NCBI GenBank assembly: GCA_947259705.1
Contig: CAMYNL010000014.1
Location: forward strand, 36,875-100,874
Length of the DNA stretch: 64,000 nucleotides
Direction: 5' to 3'
Origin: an uncultured Gammaproteobacteria bacterium
GTDB taxonomy: Bacteria; Pseudomonadota; Gammaproteobacteria; Arenicellales; JAANXG01
In this document: piece after piece, positions 30,573 through 40,683 of the stretch
Position numbering within the stretch: the stretch's first letter is position 1
Layout of the letters: each line of letters opens with the position of its first letter
The notes under the pieces: generated by a model
Database searches by the model: none
What the model saw: the letters and a program-made list of their open reading frames with translations, nothing else
Told to the model about the DNA's origin: nothing
Position numbers and translations under genes: made by a program

Positions 30573-31607
30573 TCAAGCCGTCGGGCCAGGGCGCTGCCCG
30601 TGGGCTCCGCCGGACGCCGGCGCGGCAGCGTCCCTTGTATCGAAACCGATCCTCTTGCGTACGAAGTACAAGGGGCGGCGCTTGACCTCGCCGTACACCC
30701 GCCCGACGTATTCACCGATGATGCCCAGCGATACCAGCTGCACTCCACCGACGAACAGCACCGCGATCATCAGCATGGCCCATCCGGCCACCCAGGACTG
30801 GGTGAACAGCCGCACCAGCATGGTGTAGACGATGAGTGCCAGCGCAAATCCGGCGGCGGTGAAACCCAGCCAGGTCGCCAGCCGCAGCGGTGTCAGTGAA
30901 AAGGACAGCACGCCGTCGACAGCAAAGCGCACCATCTTGCGCAGCGGATATTTTGACTCCCCGGCCAGCCTGGGGTCGCGCTGGTAGCGCAACGGTTGCT
31001 GGCGGTATCCGACCCACGCCACCATGCCGCGCAGGAACCGGTCCCGCTCCGGCATTGAGGTCAGGGCGTTGACCACGCGGCGGTCCATGAGGCGAAAATC
31101 ACCGGTGTCGAGGGGGATGGGCACATCAGACAGGCGGTTGATGAGGCGGTAAAATCCGCGTGCTGTCCACAGCTTGAATGCGCTCTCGCCGGCGCGGTCG
31201 CTGCGCACGCCATAGACCACGTCCGCGCCGTCACGCCACTGCTCCAGCATCTCGATGATCACTTCCGGCGGGTCCTGCAGGTCTGCATCGATGACCACCA
31301 CGGCATCGCCCGATGCATGCTCCAGCCCTGCGGTCACGGCTACCTGGTGGCCGAAATTGCGAGAAAGCGCGATAACGCGAATGCGCTCGTCCGCTGCCTG
31401 CCGATCACTCAATACCGCCAAGGTGTCGTCCACGCTGCCGTCATCGATAAAAATCAGCTCGCAACGGATCCAGTCGAGCCCGGAGACCACCGCGACAAGT
31501 CGATCGATGGTGCGGGCGACCACCGGGTCCTCGTTGAAGCAGGGTATTACCACCGATAACATAGGTGGTGCGGCGAAGCGGCGGAGGCTATCGGAGGGAT
31601 CAGGCAT
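30573..31607 (-). CDS. GT2 polyprenol-phosphate glycosyltransferase (GtrB/CsbB-like)
   Basis: DDGSVD, SRNFGHQ, DADLQDPP and TGDFRLMDR; two C-terminal TM helices. Confidence 0.9.
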   Translation of the reverse strand: MPDPSDSLRRFAAPPMLSVVIPCFNEDPVVARTIDRLVAVVSGLDWIRCELIFIDDGSVDDTLAVLSDRQAADERIRVIALSRNFGHQVAVTAGLEHASGDAVVVIDADLQDPPEVIIEMLEQWRDGADVVYGVRSDRAGESAFKLWTARGFYRLINRLSDVPIPLDTGDFRLMDRRVVNALTSMPERDRFLRGMVAWVGYRQQPLRYQRDPRLAGESKYPLRKMVRFAVDGVLSFSLTPLRLATWLGFTAAGFALALIVYTMLVRLFTQSWVAGWAMLMIAVLFVGGVQLVSLGIIGEYVGRVYGEVKRRPLYFVRKRIGFDTRDAAAPASGGAHGQRPGPTA

Positions 31608-31803
31608 GACGGTCGTTCGAGGGTGGTTTCCTTACTCAGGTTGGTTCAAGTATACAACCATGGCGCTGACCGACCCGGGCGCGAGACCGACGAACCGCGT
31701 TCATATTTCGCAAGGCGTCGGCCGATGCGCAGGTCCAATCCGGTTCGGCCCGGTCCCGCCTGGCGTTAAGGGTATAATCGCAGGGTGATCACAACATCCA
31801 TGC

Positions 31804-34443
31804 ATGCTGATGCAGCCAGATGAATCCAGCCCGGCGGGTGCGGGCGCCGACAAGGCGATGAAGGATCCCGTGTGCGGCATGTCGGTGGCGCCGGACGCTG
31901 AGCTGCGAGCGGTGTACGAGGATAGGACCTATCTGTTCTGCTGCCGGACTTGCCTGGAGAAGTTCCAGGCCGATCCCGCCAGATTCGCCGCCCCGGCGGT
32001 GGTCACCACGGACCCGGTGTGCGGCATGCAGGTTTCTCCCGACAGTGAGCGGCGTTTTGCCTACCAGGGCATCACTTACCTTTTCTGCTGCGACGGTTGC
32101 ATGAAGAAATTCAGCCAATCACCGCAGGATTACCTCGACAGCGGGGACGAACAGAAGGCCGGTTCGTGCTGCGGCCACTCGGGCGGAGGTGCAAAGATCG
32201 CGCATGCAGATGCGGCGACACTGGAGCACATCTGCCCCATGTGTCCCGAGGTCAGCCAAGTCGGTCCGGGCAGCTGTCCGAGCTGCGGCATGGCGCTGGA
32301 GCCCGCGGTACAGACGGCGCCCGTGACCCGCACGGAGTATGTCTGTCCCATGCATCCGGAGGTGGTCCGGGATGAAGCGGGGGACTGCCCGCTGTGCGGC
32401 ATGGCGCTGGAGCCGCGTACGGTCGCGGTCGAGGAAGACAACCCGGAGCTGGCCGACATGACGCGGCGGCTGAAGGTTGCCGCCGCGCTGTCGCTGCCGG
32501 TGCTGGCGATCGCCATGCTGGCCGACATGGCGCCCCAGTTGCTGCCCGCCGGCGTGGCGGCGCGTACCTGGCAGTGGTTGCAGTTCCTGCTTGCCACCCC
32601 CGTGGTGTTGTGGGCGGGGCTGCCCTTCTTCCAGCGCGGCTGGCATTCCCTGCAAAATCGAAGCCTCAATATGTTCACGCTCATCGCCCTGGGCGTCGGT
32701 GTCGCCTGGCTGTACAGCTCGGTGGCGCTGCTACTGCCGCAGATCTTTCCGGATTCCATGCGCCATGGGGATGGGTCGGTGGCGGTGTACTTCGAGTCCG
32801 CCGCGGTGATCGTGACACTGGTGCTGCTGGGCCAGGTGCTGGAGTTGCGCGCCCGCAGCCGGACCAGCGCGGCGATCAGGATGCTGCTCGGTCTGGCGCC
32901 CAACACGGCGCGCGTAGTGGGGGAAGACGGTCGTGAGCGTGACCTTCCCCTGGAGCAGGTAGAGGTGGGCGACGTGTTGCGGGTGCGGCCGGGTGAGAAG
33001 GTGCCTGTTGACGGGCGGGTCACCGAGGGCGCCAGCAGCATAGACGAGTCGATGGTGACCGGGGAGTCGATCCCGGTGAGCAAGCAGGCCGGGGATGCGG
33101 TGATCGGGGCTACATTGAACGGACAGGGCAGCCTGCTGATGCGCGCCGAGCACGTGGGCGGCGACACCCTGCTGGCACAGATCGTCCAGATGGTTGGCGA
33201 AGCCCAGCGCAGCCGGGCGCCGATCCAGAAACTGGCTGATGTCGTGGCGGGTTATTTCGTTCCGGCGGTGGTGCTGGTCGCGCTGCTCGCCTTCCTGGCC
33301 TGGCTGGCGTGGGGACCTGAGCCACGCCTGGCCTATGCGGTAATCAATGCCGTGGCCGTGTTGATCATCGCCTGTCCCTGCGCCCTCGGGCTCGCCACGC
33401 CGATGTCGATCATGGTGGGCACCGGCCGGGGTGCCAGCGCCGGGGTCCTGATCAAGAATGCGGAGGCCCTGGAGGTGTTGGAGAAGGTCGACACCCTTGT
33501 CCTGGACAAGACCGGCACCCTGACCGAGGGCAGGCCGGCACTGGTGCAGGTACTCCCGGCGCCCGGCTTCGCCGCGGACGAGCTGCTGGGACTGGTGGCG
33601 GCAGTGGAGCGCGGCAGCGAGCATCCCCTGGGGGAGGCCATCCTGCGGGGTGCCGAGGAACGCGGACTCGCCATCGCCGGCGCCAAAGGTTTTCATGCCC
33701 ACAGCGGTAAAGGCGTCAGCGCCAGGGTGGCGGGGCGGACTGTTGCGCTCGGCAGTTCCGCGTTCCTGTTGGAATCCGGCATCGACACCGAATCGCTGAG
33801 TTCGCGCGCAGAGGAGTTCCGGGGCCAGGGACAGACGGTAATGTTCGCGGCGGTGGATGGCCGCCTGGCGGGGTTGTTTTGCGTATCCGATCCGATCAAG
33901 GAAACCACCGCCGAGGCGGTGACCGCGCTGCATGGCGAGGGGATCGAGCTGGTGATGCTCACCGGGGACAACCGGCGCACTGCGGATGCGGTCGCCGCCA
34001 GGTTGCGTATAGACCGCGTGGAAGCCGAGGTGTTACCCGATGAAAAGGCGCGCATCGTTATCCAGCTGCAGCAGCAGGGACGGGTGGTGGCAATGGCCGG
34101 GGACGGCATCAATGATGCCCCGGCTTTAGCCCAGGCCGACGTAGGCATTGCCATGGGTACCGGGGCCGATGTAGCCATGGAGAGCGCTGGTATCACCCTC
34201 GTGAAGGGCGACCTGCGGGGGATCGTTCGCGCCCGGCGGCTCAGCCGTGCCACCATGCGCAACATCCGGCAGAACCTGTTTTTCGCCTTCGTCTACAACT
34301 CTCTCGGCGTGCCGGTCGCGGCCGGGGTGCTGTATCCGTTTTTCGGCCTGTTGCTGTCGCCCATGATCGCCGCCGCGGCCATGAGCTTCAGTTCGGTGTC
34401 GGTGATTTCCAACGCGCTGAGACTGCGCAACATGGAGCTTTGA
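31804..34443 (+). CDS. copA: Cu(I)-translocating P1B-type ATPase with two YHS and two CPMxP metal-binding domains
   Basis: CPC, DKTGT, TGES, SEHP, GDGIND, YN and MSFSS motifs; DPVCGM twice. Confidence 0.92.
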   Translation: MLMQPDESSPAGAGADKAMKDPVCGMSVAPDAELRAVYEDRTYLFCCRTCLEKFQADPARFAAPAVVTTDPVCGMQVSPDSERRFAYQGITYLFCCDGCMKKFSQSPQDYLDSGDEQKAGSCCGHSGGGAKIAHADAATLEHICPMCPEVSQVGPGSCPSCGMALEPAVQTAPVTRTEYVCPMHPEVVRDEAGDCPLCGMALEPRTVAVEEDNPELADMTRRLKVAAALSLPVLAIAMLADMAPQLLPAGVAARTWQWLQFLLATPVVLWAGLPFFQRGWHSLQNRSLNMFTLIALGVGVAWLYSSVALLLPQIFPDSMRHGDGSVAVYFESAAVIVTLVLLGQVLELRARSRTSAAIRMLLGLAPNTARVVGEDGRERDLPLEQVEVGDVLRVRPGEKVPVDGRVTEGASSIDESMVTGESIPVSKQAGDAVIGATLNGQGSLLMRAEHVGGDTLLAQIVQMVGEAQRSRAPIQKLADVVAGYFVPAVVLVALLAFLAWLAWGPEPRLAYAVINAVAVLIIACPCALGLATPMSIMVGTGRGASAGVLIKNAEALEVLEKVDTLVLDKTGTLTEGRPALVQVLPAPGFAADELLGLVAAVERGSEHPLGEAILRGAEERGLAIAGAKGFHAHSGKGVSARVAGRTVALGSSAFLLESGIDTESLSSRAEEFRGQGQTVMFAAVDGRLAGLFCVSDPIKETTAEAVTALHGEGIELVMLTGDNRRTADAVAARLRIDRVEAEVLPDEKARIVIQLQQQGRVVAMAGDGINDAPALAQADVGIAMGTGADVAMESAGITLVKGDLRGIVRARRLSRATMRNIRQNLFFAFVYNSLGVPVAAGVLYPFFGLLLSPMIAAAAMSFSSVSVISNALRLRNMEL

Positions 34444-34495
34444 ACGGCGGTCTGCGCGCGATCGCGGGCGGACCCGCTCGGACACACATGTTTGA

Positions 34496-35425
34496 ATGAG
34501 CAACACCTTGATTCGCAAGCTGAAACAAACCATAGCCCGGATTACCCTGCTGCTGTGCATGGAAGGGTCGGCAAGCGTGTTGGCGGCACCTGTGCTGGTG
34601 GACACCGAGTGGCTGGCCAGTCGCCTGGGTGCTCCGGGGCTGGTGTTAGTCGACATGGCGGCGGACGCCACCCAGTACCAACGCTTTCACCTGCCCGGTG
34701 CCGTCTACCTCCCCTACGAAGCCCTGGTTCGGCAACGCAAGGACGGGGTTGTACTGCGCGCACCCGACGAACGCCTGTTCAGGGTGCTGGGCGCATTGGG
34801 TATCAGCGCCGAGTCTCACGTGGTGGTCTACGATGACATCGGTGGCCTGCAGGCCGGCCGCTTGTTCTGGGAACTGGAGCGCGTGGGGCACGCGCGCATG
34901 TCGGTACTGAACGGTGGACTGGTGCGGTGGATACTCGAAGGGCGCAAGGTGGAATCGAGACCGCAACGGCCGCAGGCGGTGCCATATGTCCCGTCGGGCC
35001 AGGGCGCGCGCCGCAACGAGGCATCGCTGCAGGAGGTAAAGCTCGCGCGGGACCAGGACGCGGCGCTGCTGCTGGATGTCCGCACTCGGGAGGAATACCA
35101 GGGCGATCCGCGAGGCAAAGTGCCCGGCGGCCACATCCCCGGGGCCCGATGGTGGCCATGGGACCAGTCGGTGGATTTTGGCGCCGGTTTCCGGTTCAAG
35201 TCGCGGCAGGCGCTGCAACAGAGCCTGGCGGCGGTGGGCGCCGGAGACAGGCAGCAGCCCATCGTAACCTATTGCCGCACTGGGCACCGCGCCGCCCAGT
35301 CTTACCTGATCTTGCGCAGCCTCGGGTACGAGAATGTTAGGCTCTACGACGGCTCAATGGTGGAGTACGAACGCGATCGCCCGGCGCCGTTGGCGCGCGG
35401 TTCGAAACCGGGGGTGTGCTGCTGA
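34496..35425 (+). CDS. Tandem-domain rhodanese/sulfurtransferase with probable signal peptide
   Basis: HLPGAV, VVVYD, LNGGLVRW, LLDVR, GHIPGA, YCRTGHRA and LYDGSMVEY. Confidence 0.88.
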   Translation: MSNTLIRKLKQTIARITLLLCMEGSASVLAAPVLVDTEWLASRLGAPGLVLVDMAADATQYQRFHLPGAVYLPYEALVRQRKDGVVLRAPDERLFRVLGALGISAESHVVVYDDIGGLQAGRLFWELERVGHARMSVLNGGLVRWILEGRKVESRPQRPQAVPYVPSGQGARRNEASLQEVKLARDQDAALLLDVRTREEYQGDPRGKVPGGHIPGARWWPWDQSVDFGAGFRFKSRQALQQSLAAVGAGDRQQPIVTYCRTGHRAAQSYLILRSLGYENVRLYDGSMVEYERDRPAPLARGSKPGVCC

Positions 35426-35445
35426 AACTGCCCCGACGGCAAGGA

Positions 35446-35459
35446 TTGACCCAGGTCAA
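35446..35459. promoter_or_regulatory. FNR/DNR-type box upstream of the CBS protein gene
   Basis: TTGAC-CCAG-GTCAA. Confidence 0.8.
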
Positions 35460-35516
35460 CAACCGTCACGGCAATAACGAACACACTGCTACCGAGCGGA
35501 TACGAAGGAGACGGTC

Positions 35517-35972
35517 ATGACAGCAGGTGCAATCTGTGTGCGTGACGTGGTGATTGCCGGCCCCGCGATGCCGGTGCAAGAGGCGGCGGGCTTGATGCGC
35601 GACTACCATGTCGGCAGTTTGGTAGTGGCAGAGGAGATTAACGGTAAGACCACACCGGTCGGCATTCTGACCGACCGGGACCTGGTGGTGGAGGTGCTGG
35701 CCAAAGGGCAGGATGCAGAAGGGATCACCGTCGGTGATGTAATGAGCGATCACCTCATGCTGGTGGTGGAGAACGAATCCTTGTGGAACGTGATCCAGCG
35801 TATGCGCAGCGAGGGGGTGCGTCGGGTGCCGGTAGTGGACAGCGGCGGCGCCCTGGTCGGCATCCTGTCGGTGGACGACATGCTGCAACTGCTGGGTGAC
35901 GAACTCAGTGCCCTGGGCCGCTTGATTGGTAATGAGCAGGAGCACGAAGCACGGCGTCGCGACCAGCCATGA
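35517..35972 (+). CDS. CBS-pair domain protein
   Basis: MRDYHVGSLVV, VGILTDRDLVV, GVRRVPVVD and LVGILSVDD. Confidence 0.92.
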   Translation: MTAGAICVRDVVIAGPAMPVQEAAGLMRDYHVGSLVVAEEINGKTTPVGILTDRDLVVEVLAKGQDAEGITVGDVMSDHLMLVVENESLWNVIQRMRSEGVRRVPVVDSGGALVGILSVDDMLQLLGDELSALGRLIGNEQEHEARRRDQP

Positions 35973-36019
35973 CGGGCCGCGCCGGCCGCTGGTTGCGGGT
36001 GAGGTCGGGGAGTGCCTGG

Positions 36020-36384
36020 CGGGGCCAGCGTTGGTGAGTGTCGATGAATTCCGCTCGACCCAGAACGTGGCCCTGCATGGCCCGTTCGAGTTCTACCCTG
36101 CCTGGCGCGCCCGCCCAGGTCCGGCAACGCGGTAGCGAGGGCATACAGCCGGTGGAAGTAGCGGTGCCTGCCGGCGAGCCGACCGGGTCCGCCTTACGTG
36201 GACCTCTTCCAGTCATTAAAACCGCAGGCGGCGCCGGGCTCGTCAACAATCAGCACCAGGCTGCGGGTGCCGTCATGCTTGCCTGGCCAGGCGAGGGGCC
36301 GGGACCCGTCATCGCCGTCGTACGTATAGCGGTGCGGCTCTTCGCGCCGGCTGCGAAGGCGCGGCTGCTTGTCGTCAATACCAT
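36020..36384 (-). pseudogene. Degraded YbhB/YbcL (PEBP, Raf-kinase-inhibitor-like) gene
   Basis: Manual minus-strand reading: MVLTTSSRAFAAG / RYTYDGDDGSRPLAWPGKHDGTRSLVLIVDEP / NDWKRST*GGP / GRHRYFHRLYAL / ELERAMQGHVLGRAEF; two frameshifts and TAA at 36194-36196. Confidence 0.8.
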
Positions 36385-36396
36385 CCCCGGCTGCCT

Positions 36397-36669
36397 TTAG
36401 GTGTGATTAGCGGGATGGCCGATAATTCCGGAACGCAGCAGGAACTCACGCAGGTGCCGGACGTCCTGCTTGCTGGCGCTGCCGGTGTGGTGCGGGCGGT
36501 GCAGGGTCCCCTCGATGCCGTTAAGCGCCACCCGAAAACGAGCGCCATGCCCGGACTGGATCCGGGCGCCCAGCGAATTCAGCAGGGACTCTATCTCCCG
36601 CCAGTGAATGTTGCTGCTCACCGGTTCCGTGAAGATCGCATCCAGGGTGCGCCGGTGCTTTTGGCTCAT
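36397..36669 (-). CDS. HicA-family toxin-like protein (orphan)
   Basis: KHRRTLDAIF, SNIHWREIESLL, GARFRVALNG and HRPH. Confidence 0.8.
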   Translation of the reverse strand: MSQKHRRTLDAIFTEPVSSNIHWREIESLLNSLGARIQSGHGARFRVALNGIEGTLHRPHHTGSASKQDVRHLREFLLRSGIIGHPANHT

Positions 36670-36754
36670 GGTCCTCTCCGCAGCGCGGGTGTCGTTCAAG
36701 GATAACATCACCAGCCGCCTCGTGTATCCGGTATTCCGGGCCAGATCCACTTAC

Positions 36755-36768
36755 TTGACCTCGGTCAA
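36755..36768. promoter_or_regulatory. FNR/DNR-type box between divergent hicA-like and cytochrome c genes
   Basis: TTGAC-CTCG-GTCAA; plus-strand -10-like TACTCT at 36792-36797. Confidence 0.8.
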
Positions 36769-36831
36769 AGCGTTGACCCCCTGCGGGCGCGTACTCTGTC
36801 CGTGATCTTTACGGACAAACCGGAGTTGGCT

Positions 36832-37371
36832 ATGCGTCATGTATTTTTAGGCAGGGCCTTGATCACGGGGGCCTTAGCGTCAGTCGGGCGGATCGTAGGT
36901 TTGCTGGCGGCTCTTGTCCCGATGAGCCTGATCGCGCTGCCGGGCGCGTTCGCGGATGCTGACAAACCCTACGAAGTCATTGAAGGCAAGGTGGATAGAG
37001 CCACCTACCTGGGGTGGCGTACCTTCAATTCGGCCTGTTACATCTGTCACGGGACAGATGCCAGGGGAACGTCAGTCGCGCCCGACCTGGTGGCCCGAGT
37101 AAAGGATATGAGTCCGCGGGAATTCGCCGATGTTGTGCTCACCCGCTATCGCATCGTACTGCCGGCCGGCAGTGTGACGGGAGACGACCAGACCGATCTG
37201 CGGGCCAGCATGCTGGACCTGGTGGTGAAACGGGAGCGGGGCGAACTGACCATGCCCGCATGGGGTAACGATCCCAACGTGAAGCCCCATGTCATGGACA
37301 TCTATTCCTACCTGCGCGCTCGCGGCGATGGCGTGCTCGGACCGGGGCGTCCGGACCAGATCGAGCGCTAG
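36832..37371 (+). CDS. Periplasmic monoheme c-type cytochrome (resembles quinoprotein-associated cytochromes)
   Basis: Signal peptide, YEVIEGKVD, CYICH, APDL and MPAW. Confidence 0.85.
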   Translation: MRHVFLGRALITGALASVGRIVGLLAALVPMSLIALPGAFADADKPYEVIEGKVDRATYLGWRTFNSACYICHGTDARGTSVAPDLVARVKDMSPREFADVVLTRYRIVLPAGSVTGDDQTDLRASMLDLVVKRERGELTMPAWGNDPNVKPHVMDIYSYLRARGDGVLGPGRPDQIER

Positions 37372-37989
37372 CGCGACCCGCAGCCGGGGGGTGGCGTGGC
37401 GCACGCCTCGCTCGTTCGTGCAAGCGGATCTTCAAAGCTGAAGCAGAGGTGTGAGATTACCCGCTGCGGCACGGGGTGTTTGGCTCCCCCGGCGCGGTCA
37501 ATGGGCCCAGCCAGGCCAGATCGGGGTGGTTGGTATCGGGGTCCAGGCAGATGGTCCGGCAGTCGACACCATCGCGTCTCCTGCTACGCACCGGTCTCAA
37601 GCCGCTTCGTCTCAATCGCCTGTGGCCAGTGGCAGGCGTGGAAATCGTGAAAGACGGCGAAGGGGCGGCTGTTCCAGCAGGAGCGGGGCGTACCGGCTGT
37701 TTGCAGGGCGTCGAAACCGCAGCAAGTCAGTGAATCGTAGCGCAGGCCCGACCTCCCCCGGCTGCGCTGGCCATTAAAACAACGCCCAGGGGCGACCCGT
37801 TCTGGATGGTGTTCGTTGCACGGACGGCAGCGGCCGCAGCATGAGGGCCTGCGGCGACGACAACCGGACCGACGCGACCCGGTTGTCCGCCGGGTATGCG
37901 ATAATCTGACTATAGTTTCGTGCTGCACGGACCCAAGGGCCACGCACCGGGCAGACCAACAGTAGAACGTCGACGCAATACAAAGCGAT

Positions 37990-39000
37990 ATGTTGGGGAT
38001 GCTGTACATAAAGCGAACCACGATATTCTTGCTTGTAACGGCCATCGGCGCCGGGTTCGCGCTATGGCTGAGTTTGGATGGCGGGCTCGATTCGAAAGCA
38101 AATACCTCCATCCTCTCCCGCCAGGTCGAACCTGCCGGCGAGCTGCCAAAAGGCTTCGTGGTGTGGAGTTCCAACCGCTCGGGCAATCACGATATCTTCA
38201 AGATGACCTTGCCCGACAGGCAAGTCACTCGCCTTACGGACCACCCGCATGCAGAGTACTTCCCGCGCATCTCGCCCGATGGCAAATCCATCGTGTTTTC
38301 CCGCTCACGAAAACCCAAGGTGTCGCAACGAAAACACCTGCCCTGGGACGTCATTCTGCTCGATCTGGATACCGGGAATGAACGGCTATTGGCACCCTAT
38401 GGCAATACGCCGACCTGGTCAGTGGATGGTCGCCGGGTCTATTTTCAACGCAATGTGATGCAGTTTGTGCAGCACGATGTAAGCACCGGGAATGAGTCCA
38501 TCCTCTTCCAGAGCGGTACGGGGAAGGTGAGGGAAGGTGCCGGGCTACAGACGCCTCATATCGGGCCGGACGGTAAACAAATCGCGGTGACCCTGCGTTT
38601 CAAGCAGCACTTGATGGGCATCGTGGATCCGGCGGGCAACATTTCAAGGATTTCGGACGGTTGCCAATTGACCTGGAGTCGGCGGGGGGACTTTCTTTAC
38701 TTCGTTGATTATGGTGGGCGAATGAAAAATGCCATATTCTTCTATGAACCGTCCCGCAAACAGGCTCAGATGTGGCTGGACCTGCCGGGTGAGTTCAGCC
38801 ATGAGTATTTCCCCAAGCTATCGAACGATGAACGCTACCTGGCGTTCGGCGCCAGCCGCAGTGCCAAAGACCACGAGCATGATCGGGCGGATTACGAGAT
38901 CTTTCTGTGGCAGGTTGGTACACCACCCGGAAATGTCACCCGGCTTACCTTCAACAAGGCCAACGACGGTTGGCCGGACGTGCATTTTCACAAGGACTAG
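37990..39000 (+). CDS. TolB-like/PD40 beta-propeller protein with N-terminal anchor
   Basis: WSSNRSGNHDIF, PRISPDGKSIVFS, PTWSVDG and PKLSNDERYLAF. Confidence 0.82.
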   Translation: MLGMLYIKRTTIFLLVTAIGAGFALWLSLDGGLDSKANTSILSRQVEPAGELPKGFVVWSSNRSGNHDIFKMTLPDRQVTRLTDHPHAEYFPRISPDGKSIVFSRSRKPKVSQRKHLPWDVILLDLDTGNERLLAPYGNTPTWSVDGRRVYFQRNVMQFVQHDVSTGNESILFQSGTGKVREGAGLQTPHIGPDGKQIAVTLRFKQHLMGIVDPAGNISRISDGCQLTWSRRGDFLYFVDYGGRMKNAIFFYEPSRKQAQMWLDLPGEFSHEYFPKLSNDERYLAFGASRSAKDHEHDRADYEIFLWQVGTPPGNVTRLTFNKANDGWPDVHFHKD

Positions 39001-39723
39001 ACAAGGAAGGCCCGAACTGACGCGTTTGAAAACCCGCCGTCGCCGATGCAACGGCCAGTCTCCAGTCCGCTCGCCTCCTGTCACCGGCATGGCGGCAGCC
39101 GGGTCATGCGGGGGGATTGTGGACCGCGGGGCGGCTGCATGTCATCCGGGGGTCCAAGCACGATCAATAGCGATGGAATCCTGCCGTCTGCAGTGATAAG
39201 TTACCGCGCGCTGAGACCGGCTGTGGCGCCTGGTGAATGAAACTCCGATCGACCACGGGTCGTCGATGTGGGTCCGCTTCGCAGAGTCCCATCTGCGCAG
39301 CTCTCCGTCTGCGTTGATCGGGTCCGCCCGGGGCCGGCCGAATGGGATGGTCGCGAACTCTTTGCCGGCCGGTATTGGGCTTGAAAGCAACTCCGGTGCC
39401 GCCCCACAAGTTTTACCGATACATGGAGCGCTGTTGATACCGGCATGCCGACTTGCATATCCAGCACGGTTGGCCTTGGGTTTCCCGGGTTCGATTGAAA
39501 CCTGCGTCCGCTTTCAGGGCTGCGGGGCCGGTGGTGGTTTGTGCGGGTGGTCACATCGCCAAGAGTGGGATTGAGTGCAGGTCGCCGGGCATGGGATGGA
39601 TTGTTGATCCTTCGTTCTGGTCGTTGCGCCTCGGACTTTGCCATGTCACTAGTGGCTGCGCACCGCGCGGACTGGAACCAATCGAGGTGGGTGTGGTGAT
39701 GAAATGGGTTGCTCGCTGAATCA

Positions 39724-40683
39724 ATGGTGAAGCCAAAAGTCAAAAGACTGTTCCAGGTCGCTGTAACGGTTGGGTTGATATTTTACGTCTGCTACTCCGC
39801 AGGTGTTTTTTCTAAGAGCGGAAGAGACGAGTTCGCCGCCGTGATTTCGCAAGTCGATTGGGGAATTGTCGGACTTTCAATCTTCATCACCTTCGTGCAG
39901 AACCTGGTCAGTGTCTGGAAATGGAAGCTGGTGGTCGTCGCCAAGCACCTGAAAGCGGGATTTCTTGTGTTGCTCAATTATCTTTTCGTCAGCAGGTTAT
40001 ACAACCTCATTCTACCAAGCAGTATGGGGGGAGATGTCATTCGCATATACAGGTTGGGAAAATTGAATGCAAACATGGAGGTTGCCGCAGCCTCGGTATT
40101 CGTGGAGCGTTTTGTTGGGATGCTGGTACTGTTGGCCCTGTCGTGCATATCGTTGGTGTTTATGGTTCACGGCGGGGGCATGTTGTTCTTTTTGAGCTTC
40201 ACTTTTCTGCTTCTTGTTACCTTTATGTTGGGATGGGCCGCGGTGGATGCGCGTTTCGTGGGGATATTACAGGCGCTGGCCGACAAAACTGACTTGGCGA
40301 TTCTTTTGAAGATTTCAGGAAAGTTTGAAGCCTTTCAGGCCTCAATCAGGGAAGTCGGAAGGAACAAGATCTTTCTCATAAAGCTGTTTTTCTATTCAGT
40401 GCTGTTTTATGTGCTTGCAATCCTGAGTGTATGGATCAGTGCTTTGGCTTTCGACCAAAGCGTCAGTCTGGTCGACATGGTGATCGCCGTACCATTCATC
40501 ATGTTGATAATGAATCTTCCAGTATCTATCGGTGGGCTGGGCCTGATGGAGGCCTCGTATACCGTGGCATTTGAAATACTCGGGTACAGCGCGGAACTGG
40601 GATTGATCACAGCCTTGTTGATGCGAGGAAAAGCCTTACTCGATGCATTGGTCGGTGGGGTGATTGAACTTGGCAACGCATAG
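39724..40683 (+). CDS. UPF0104/lysylphosphatidylglycerol-synthase TM-domain (flippase-like) membrane protein
   Basis: KWKLVV, NLILPSSMGGDVIR, SVFVER and LPVSIGGLGLME. Confidence 0.85.
   Translation: MVKPKVKRLFQVAVTVGLIFYVCYSAGVFSKSGRDEFAAVISQVDWGIVGLSIFITFVQNLVSVWKWKLVVVAKHLKAGFLVLLNYLFVSRLYNLILPSSMGGDVIRIYRLGKLNANMEVAAASVFVERFVGMLVLLALSCISLVFMVHGGGMLFFLSFTFLLLVTFMLGWAAVDARFVGILQALADKTDLAILLKISGKFEAFQASIREVGRNKIFLIKLFFYSVLFYVLAILSVWISALAFDQSVSLVDMVIAVPFIMLIMNLPVSIGGLGLMEASYTVAFEILGYSAELGLITALLMRGKALLDALVGGVIELGNA

Noticed and set aside
31608-31803. CueR/CsoR operator upstream of copA
   Set aside because: Only a TATAAT is seen; no ACCTTCC-N7-GGAAGGT-like dyad
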